Shown here: positions 63,011 through 64,000 of the stretch, in pieces
Numbering within the stretch: position 1 is the first letter of the stretch
How the letters are laid out: the number at the start of each line of letters is the position of its first letter
Source of the DNA: Octopus bimaculoides
Taxonomy: Eukaryota
Direction: 5' to 3'
Length of the DNA: 64,000 nucleotides
NCBI RefSeq assembly: GCF_001194135.2
Contig: NC_068981.1
Location: 40,317,108 to 40,381,107, forward strand
Program-made: the position numbers and the translations under genes
The notes under the pieces: generated by a model
Databases searched by the model: none
The model's input: only the letters and a program-made list of their open reading frames with translations
Told to the model about the DNA's origin: nothing

Positions 63011-64000
63011 CCACTAATGCTCTTTAGAAAAACATGAACACCATAACCTCACTTTTCCCTCTCTCTCACATTAGGCTTTAGACTTAGTCAAAAGAAATCA
63101 ATACTTCAGAATAGAACCAACTAATTTGAATCGAATTTCGTCTTAATATAGGTTGTAGCTAATGTTTGGTGTGGAAGAGACATATCGGCGGGAATGTCAT
63201 TTCAATTTTATTTCGGATAGCTTTGTACAGAGACAATAATCAGATTGGCGAATATTAAAGAGAACATGATATGGATGCGTAGTTGTGTGCGTGCAAGTGT
63301 GATTTATATGAACGTATTTGTGTGTATGAGTATGTGTGTGTGTTTGTGTGCGTGTTTATGTATTTGAAATAATTTCCACATGATCATTTGTTGAGTTGAA
63401 CGACAAAGATGGGTCATGTACTATTATGAAGAATAATTGCAAGCAAGTAATTTATGAGCATGCCATATGATTAGTTTGTATGATTTAAAAGCTAAAATGT
63501 GAGTATCAGGAGAAGAATCAATGATCCACGCTGATATAATTTTGAGTGCAAAACGCAAAACAGTAGGGACTTTCTATCTACATACATAGATATACGACTG
63601 ATTTCTTTCCGACAACGAACTTTCATGTCTTCCCCAACAATTTTAAGTTGGGATGAACTTAAACTAGTTTGGGAGGATATGAACATCACAACCAGTTTAA
63701 GAGAGTTGAGACCACGTACCATTTGTTCTCCGATGCCCATCATATGGTAAGAGATTGACAGAGTTCAGCAATATATAGTAAGAGGTAGGCATACAACAAA
63801 CGAATTAGGTAGAAGTTACTCTCTGTCATTTAACATGTTCATTTAACATGTTCAGAGAGGTATGAGACATTTTAGCACAGCAGTTTTGGCGCCACTGATT
63901 TGGTGTCGCTGATTCGACGCTGATTTCTTTGACATCAGACATTTTAATACTTCAAGACTAGAGTAGGTCTGTGGCCCGTCAGTCCAAAAGTTCCTTTCGG

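Noticed and set aside
63480-63960. Possible pogo DDE remnant, and ttttggcgcc/gctgatt repeats at the window edge
   Set aside because: Motifs are weak and any partner terminus would lie outside the window.

Overview
Eukaryotic, AT-rich, repeat-saturated genomic DNA with six N-gaps, five of them at microsatellites. The SINE families match those I recall from octopus, so the window is most consistent with an octopus genome (inference, not verified). There is no complete protein-coding gene, rRNA, bona fide tRNA gene or CRISPR array. The window is a retroposon and transposon graveyard. It holds at least six tRNA-derived or SINE-like families, three long copies plus one 3' tip of a Tx1/L1-clade LINE, several RTE-type LINE remnants, about six Tc1/mariner copies, two MITEs, a Chapaev3-type transposase, a possible hAT remnant and many microsatellites. 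The strongest observation is an apparent retrotransposition partnership: the youngest copies of the most abundant SINE end in a ~60-nt non-poly(A) tail that matches the 3' ends of the Tx1-like LINE copies in the same window. One LINE copy (56965-58306) is a TSD-bounded 1.34-kb mini-element that lost most of its interior but appears to keep both ends. Weaker candidates for host-gene parts are a plus-strand exon at 53816-54109, a promoter-like island near 37.8-38.2 kb and a minus-strand open segment at 31.7-31.9 kb. Family labels A-F are my own. Coordinates are approximate unless fixed by TSDs, TIRs or splice sites.
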